Below, one piece after another: positions 58,314 to 62,317 of a DNA stretch of 62,317 nucleotides. The position numbers were made by a program, and so were the translations under genes. The DNA comes from Bacteroidia bacterium (GTDB taxonomy: Bacteria > Bacteroidota > Bacteroidia > SpSt-205). The notes beneath the pieces are model-generated. The model had not been told where the DNA came from, ran no database searches, and saw only the letters and a program-made list of their open reading frames with translations. Position 1 is the first letter of the stretch, and every line of letters begins with the position of its first letter. The DNA is taken from positions 1-62,317 of the forward strand of contig JANZYW010000003.1 of assembly GCA_026413325.1 (NCBI GenBank), written 5' to 3'.

Positions 58314-61300
58314 CTACCGCATCACCACGAACGCCCCCCAGTAGTAGGGATGAGCATATTTCTGTCGAAACCGCCGTATTGCCTCCTTAAAGATCGAATC
58401 CACTTCTCTACCCCAATCTTGCACCGCTGAGAGGTCATACTTAGACGCCAGCTTTTTATAAAAGGTTAGCATCAGCTTTTGGGTGGCCTGGTCGTCTATC
58501 ACCCATAAAGTAGCAATAACGCGTTGAGCCCCCGCTTCTAAGAATGCGCGCTGTAGACCATACAATCCTTCCCTCGTTATTTCCCCCAAGCCAGTCTCAC
58601 AAGCCGAGAGGACCACCAGTTGAGTCCCCCATAGGTTCATAACCGATACTTCTCGAGCAGTTAGATAGCCGTCTTCTATATTCAGAGGGGGATATACACT
58701 ATCCCAAACCGCTGCTCCTGCTAAGAGCAAACCTGAGCGCAGCATTTCTGGGCCTGCTCCTCGAAAGTAGTAACCGTGCGTAGCTATATGAAGGATGACC
58801 GGGCCTTTTATTCGTTTCAATTTCTCTTCGGTAGCTTCTCTGCCGATGATGGGCTTTACATTCAGAAGATGCGCTACCTTCTTAGCTTCTTCTTCGGCCC
58901 CTGGCAAAGGGGGTATCCCACTCTCAAATAGCCTCAGATTCCGGATACCCTCCCCTGGCACATCAACCGTATGAAAACTGGGATTACCGATTATAAAAGC
59001 TTTTTGGGCTGCGGACGGCTTTCTATGCTTCAAAATAAGCCTGCGACTAGTAGCAGTATATCTCACTTCATATCGGTCTATGATAAAACTGCTTCCATCA
59101 TGCAATGCACCTATATTAACACGGTGATAAACCCCGTCTGGGGAAATGTAGACCCGATTCGTACCCGAAGGCAATAAGCTATCTATAAAGCGCCACAGTA
59201 GCCCATAAGATACTGGACTCACCTGCGAGCCAGGCGTACGCAGTATCTCAAAAGCCCTCTCTGCTTGTTTCTCCCACCTCTCATCTACTCGGTGCACATA
59301 CAAGCTCAAAGCAACTCCTTGCTTAGCAGGAAAGAGGAGGTAGAAAAGGTATAAAACGCTGTCGCCTTGGGTAGGAACTCGAAGTATTTCTACCACAGCC
59401 TCGCCTTTACGTAAAGGGGGATCGGGTTCATGGAGGGGGTCAGGTAGAAAACTACCCACTTCAGGGAGCTTTTGGAGCAAAGCTCTTTCAGTACTAACCA
59501 AAACCTGCTCAACAGAATCAGCCTCTCTTTGACGGTTCTGTAGATTTAACATGGCATACTGTGTAGAAAGACCACTCCATATCCGATAAAGCTGGCGAAC
59601 TGTACTATCTGGATTGGCCTCTGCTAGAAAACGCAGACCTTCACTGGAGACGAGTATCAGTCCTTTTATACTGCGACCTGCGCGATAGCCGAGCCGGAGC
59701 AAAGCGGGATTATCTCTACCCCGCAGGCCTACATATTTCTGGAACTCATTCATTCCCGGAAGCAGGGTCTTTTCCAAAAAACGCAGCTTATGGGACTCTG
59801 GCAGCCCCCAAGCTTCCTGACGCAAATAAGCGAACTGAATAGCTACAGCCTTCTGCCAAAGAGAGTCAGCCTGAGAATACATCTGCCTTTTAGCCCTAAT
59901 CAGAGCCAATCTGTACATGGAAGAAAGAGATTGGGTGTGCCGCTCACCTAAAAGCTCTATTTGATGATGAACCATTTGAAGGTATAAGCTATCAGCTTCC
60001 GCTAAACGCCCTTGTTGTTCTCGCAGAAGGGCCAGCTCACGGACACTCATCCAATAATCTGGGTGTCGCTCGCCTATTACCTCTCGCAGCTGGTCCAGAA
60101 CCCGCAAAAGGATACCTTCTGCTTGATCGTACTTAGCTCGCCTTATGTAGAACCCAGCTAACTTGCCGAGAGTCATAAAATAGTAGTGATGCCTCTCTCC
60201 CAAAGCATCAGGCAAAAGCCGTAGTGCTTCTTTGTACAAACTCTCCGCTTGATCGTATTTTTTATCTTCTTCGTACAATCCTGCTAATATCTGTAACGTA
60301 TTGATGTAATCTGGATGTTTGTTGCCCAGAACTTCAGCTTTTATGGCAGATAAATGATTTTGGATATCTATAGCCTCTTTGCGTCTCCCCTGGGCAGAAT
60401 AGTTTATAGCGAGGTTGTGTAGAGTAGTAAGATAGTGGGAGTGCCTGGGACCTAACGTTTCCTTACGCCTCTCTGCTACCATAAGATAGAGCTTTTCAGC
60501 TTCGGTGTATCGGGCTTGAAAGTCTAAGACCAAAGCCAAGTTATTCAGGGTGGTAAGGTATTCTGGATGTCTTTCTCCCACTACCTTCTTGCGAAGCATA
60601 CCTACCCGATTCAGCAGAGTTTCCGCTTCCTTATAGCGACCCTGTCTGATATAGAGGGAAGCCAAGTTATGCAGCACCGTGCAGGAGAATGGATGCTCCT
60701 CCTTTAGATTTTGCTGCGAATTGTAGGCGACCTTCTGTAGAAGCGCTTCAGCCTCCGAGTATTTGCCCATATGCACATATAAGCAACCCAAGTTATGAGC
60801 CGTAGCTAAGTAATCCATGTGACCTTCGCCTAAAACTTGCGCTCTCTTCCGCGCAGCTTCCTTATAGAACTCTTCCGCTTGAGCATATTTCCCACGGTAC
60901 TCGTAGGTCAATGCTAAGTTGTGAAGAGTAATAAGATAGAGGGGGTGATTTTCTCCTAAGGACCTTAGCTGAATGGCAGCCGTTGCTTTGAACAGAGATT
61001 CAGCTTCACTATACCGACTCTGATAATTCCGAAGCATAGCGAGACCCCCTAAAAGAGAAGCATATAAGCCTTCTTCTGCCGCCCGATAAGCACATAGACC
61101 AAGAGCTAAGCCAAATAGACTGTCCGCTTCGGCGTATTCAGCTTTTTCTGTGGACAGTCGCGCTTTGCCGTGAAGGGATTTTATCCAGCCCAAGGTATCC
61201 GCGATTTTTACCGCCAAGGACTCAGCTCGCATAAGCCAGTTGCCTGCGTCATAAAGCTCATGTAGCTGGAGGAGACATTCTGAACCTTTTAGAGAAACAT

Positions 61301-61469
61301 AGAGCCGGAGGGTATCTGGAGTGTCCTCTTGTCGACAGAGAGAATCACACAGCCGAAAGGCGGAAGCATATTCCCCTCGTTGGAAAAGCGAGTCTATTTC
61401 ACGGATGGTTTGCGCTCCTATGATGCCTCCCCAGTAGAGGAGAGCATACGCGAACCTTAGCCGAAGCAT
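58314..61469 (-). CDS. TPR-repeat CHAT-domain (caspase/HetF-like) protease
   Basis: Many GE.HP.Y..TL.NLA TPR repeats; CHAT motifs ISPDG, HIATHG (His), LSACETG (Cys) and HPYYWGAF; signal peptide. Confidence 0.92.
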   Translation of the reverse strand: MLRLRFAYALLYWGGIIGAQTIREIDSLFQRGEYASAFRLCDSLCRQEDTPDTLRLYVSLKGSECLLQLHELYDAGNWLMRAESLAVKIADTLGWIKSLHGKARLSTEKAEYAEADSLFGLALGLCAYRAAEEGLYASLLGGLAMLRNYQSRYSEAESLFKATAAIQLRSLGENHPLYLITLHNLALTYEYRGKYAQAEEFYKEAARKRAQVLGEGHMDYLATAHNLGCLYVHMGKYSEAEALLQKVAYNSQQNLKEEHPFSCTVLHNLASLYIRQGRYKEAETLLNRVGMLRKKVVGERHPEYLTTLNNLALVLDFQARYTEAEKLYLMVAERRKETLGPRHSHYLTTLHNLAINYSAQGRRKEAIDIQNHLSAIKAEVLGNKHPDYINTLQILAGLYEEDKKYDQAESLYKEALRLLPDALGERHHYYFMTLGKLAGFYIRRAKYDQAEGILLRVLDQLREVIGERHPDYWMSVRELALLREQQGRLAEADSLYLQMVHHQIELLGERHTQSLSSMYRLALIRAKRQMYSQADSLWQKAVAIQFAYLRQEAWGLPESHKLRFLEKTLLPGMNEFQKYVGLRGRDNPALLRLGYRAGRSIKGLILVSSEGLRFLAEANPDSTVRQLYRIWSGLSTQYAMLNLQNRQREADSVEQVLVSTERALLQKLPEVGSFLPDPLHEPDPPLRKGEAVVEILRVPTQGDSVLYLFYLLFPAKQGVALSLYVHRVDERWEKQAERAFEILRTPGSQVSPVSYGLLWRFIDSLLPSGTNRVYISPDGVYHRVNIGALHDGSSFIIDRYEVRYTATSRRLILKHRKPSAAQKAFIIGNPSFHTVDVPGEGIRNLRLFESGIPPLPGAEEEAKKVAHLLNVKPIIGREATEEKLKRIKGPVILHIATHGYYFRGAGPEMLRSGLLLAGAAVWDSVYPPLNIEDGYLTAREVSVMNLWGTQLVVLSACETGLGEITREGLYGLQRAFLEAGAQRVIATLWVIDDQATQKLMLTFYKKLASKYDLSAVQDWGREVDSIFKEAIRRFRQKYAHPYYWGAFVVMR

Positions 61470-61519
61470 AGACTTTTACGACCTGAGACAAAGATACCTC
61501 CTCACTTTTAGATTTTCTT

Positions 61520-62317
61520 CCCCCCCTTGGCGAAATCCTCTCTATCGCAGAGAAGCGACGATTGCGAGACCCTGTAAGAGGTACTCGCTTGGAGTGGCTC
61601 ATGGACACGCTCCTGGAGATGAAGAGCTATGCCGAAGAGAAGTTATACAAAGCCTATAAGCGGGCTTTTCCCCGCTCTAATCCGGAGCTTCTGCGCAGCT
61701 ATAAACGAGAGCTGTGGACGGCGCTCCAAGATATCTTGACCCGTCCAGAAGTTCCAGAGATTGATCAAGAGGTAGAGGTGTGGAGACACTTGTGGCTCAG
61801 TGTTATTCTCTGGCGCCGAGGACTGACAAACCTTGCTTACATCCACTGGTCACAAGCTGTTCACAAGGCTACGCAAATCGGTTGGTATGAGGTAGCCTTA
61901 TGGGCATCATCGCTCCTGGAGATATACGTCAGAGATTTTCACAAGACCGCTGATGCAAAGGAAGTATCCTCTTGGGCTCAGACTCTTTTAGGTCTGGTGC
62001 GACAGCGGTATGAGGGCTTATTGAAAAACTGAGTGCAAAAGAGGACTATATCCGAACCTGATCAGCCGCCCCCCTCTACCGCCTTCCAGATTTACCCCAT
62101 ATCGATGTATGGAGCATGTATCAGCGAGAAGCGACTACTTTCCTTCGTTCAGCTATTGAGAACGACTTCGCCCATTCCTTAGAGAAGCTGACCAACATGA
62201 TAGAAGTTCTTTTGTCTGAGAAAGCTCTGCCTGAGACGTATCGGCGGTTTCGATTAGCTTTAGCTTGTTCTAACTTGGGCTCAGCTCTCATCAATCTGAG
62301 AGCTACCAGTGTGTATG
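61520..62317 (+). pseudogene. Probably disrupted helical hypothetical protein (runs off the window end)
   Basis: Coding-like frame 61562-62032 stops. The sequence resumes coding-like in another frame from about 62020, with TGA at 62059-62061, then stays open to the window end. Confidence 0.5.

Noticed and set aside
59800-61200. Periodic repeats in the TPR-CHAT gene
   Set aside because: These are protein-level TPR repeats with diverged DNA, not a CRISPR array or DNA tandem repeat.

Overview
Chromosomal window (about 50% GC by eye, C-rich plus strand) from a Bacteroidota bacterium, judged by T9SS C-terminal domains, TAnnTTTG promoters, DUF4295-rpmG synteny and a TonB-dependent receptor. It is mostly housekeeping and envelope genes: rimM-rpsP, pyrF, lolA, rpmG, asnS, a TatT-containing TRAP (TPAT) transporter, alpha-2-macroglobulin with pbpC, a T9SS-secreted M43 protease, nrdB-nrdA, an FMO/SDR/methyltransferase operon and a TPR-CHAT protease. 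There are two tRNAs and a few pseudogenes. I found no CRISPR array, prophage or IS element. The most notable signals are: (1) 18 genes have a perfect Bacteroidota -7 promoter element only 4-8 nt before the start codon, which points to pervasive leaderless translation; (2) a secreted-type beta-propeller is fused to HflX across a C10 homopolymer; (3) the tRNA-Ile/tRNA-Ala pair stands alone with its own promoter, implying unlinked rRNA genes; (4) the ribonucleotide reductase lacks the radical tyrosine (class Ic, Mn/Fe type); (5) a mirrored DUF2752 / Pmp3-like membrane-protein cassette. All calls come from reading motifs by eye; no database searches were run.
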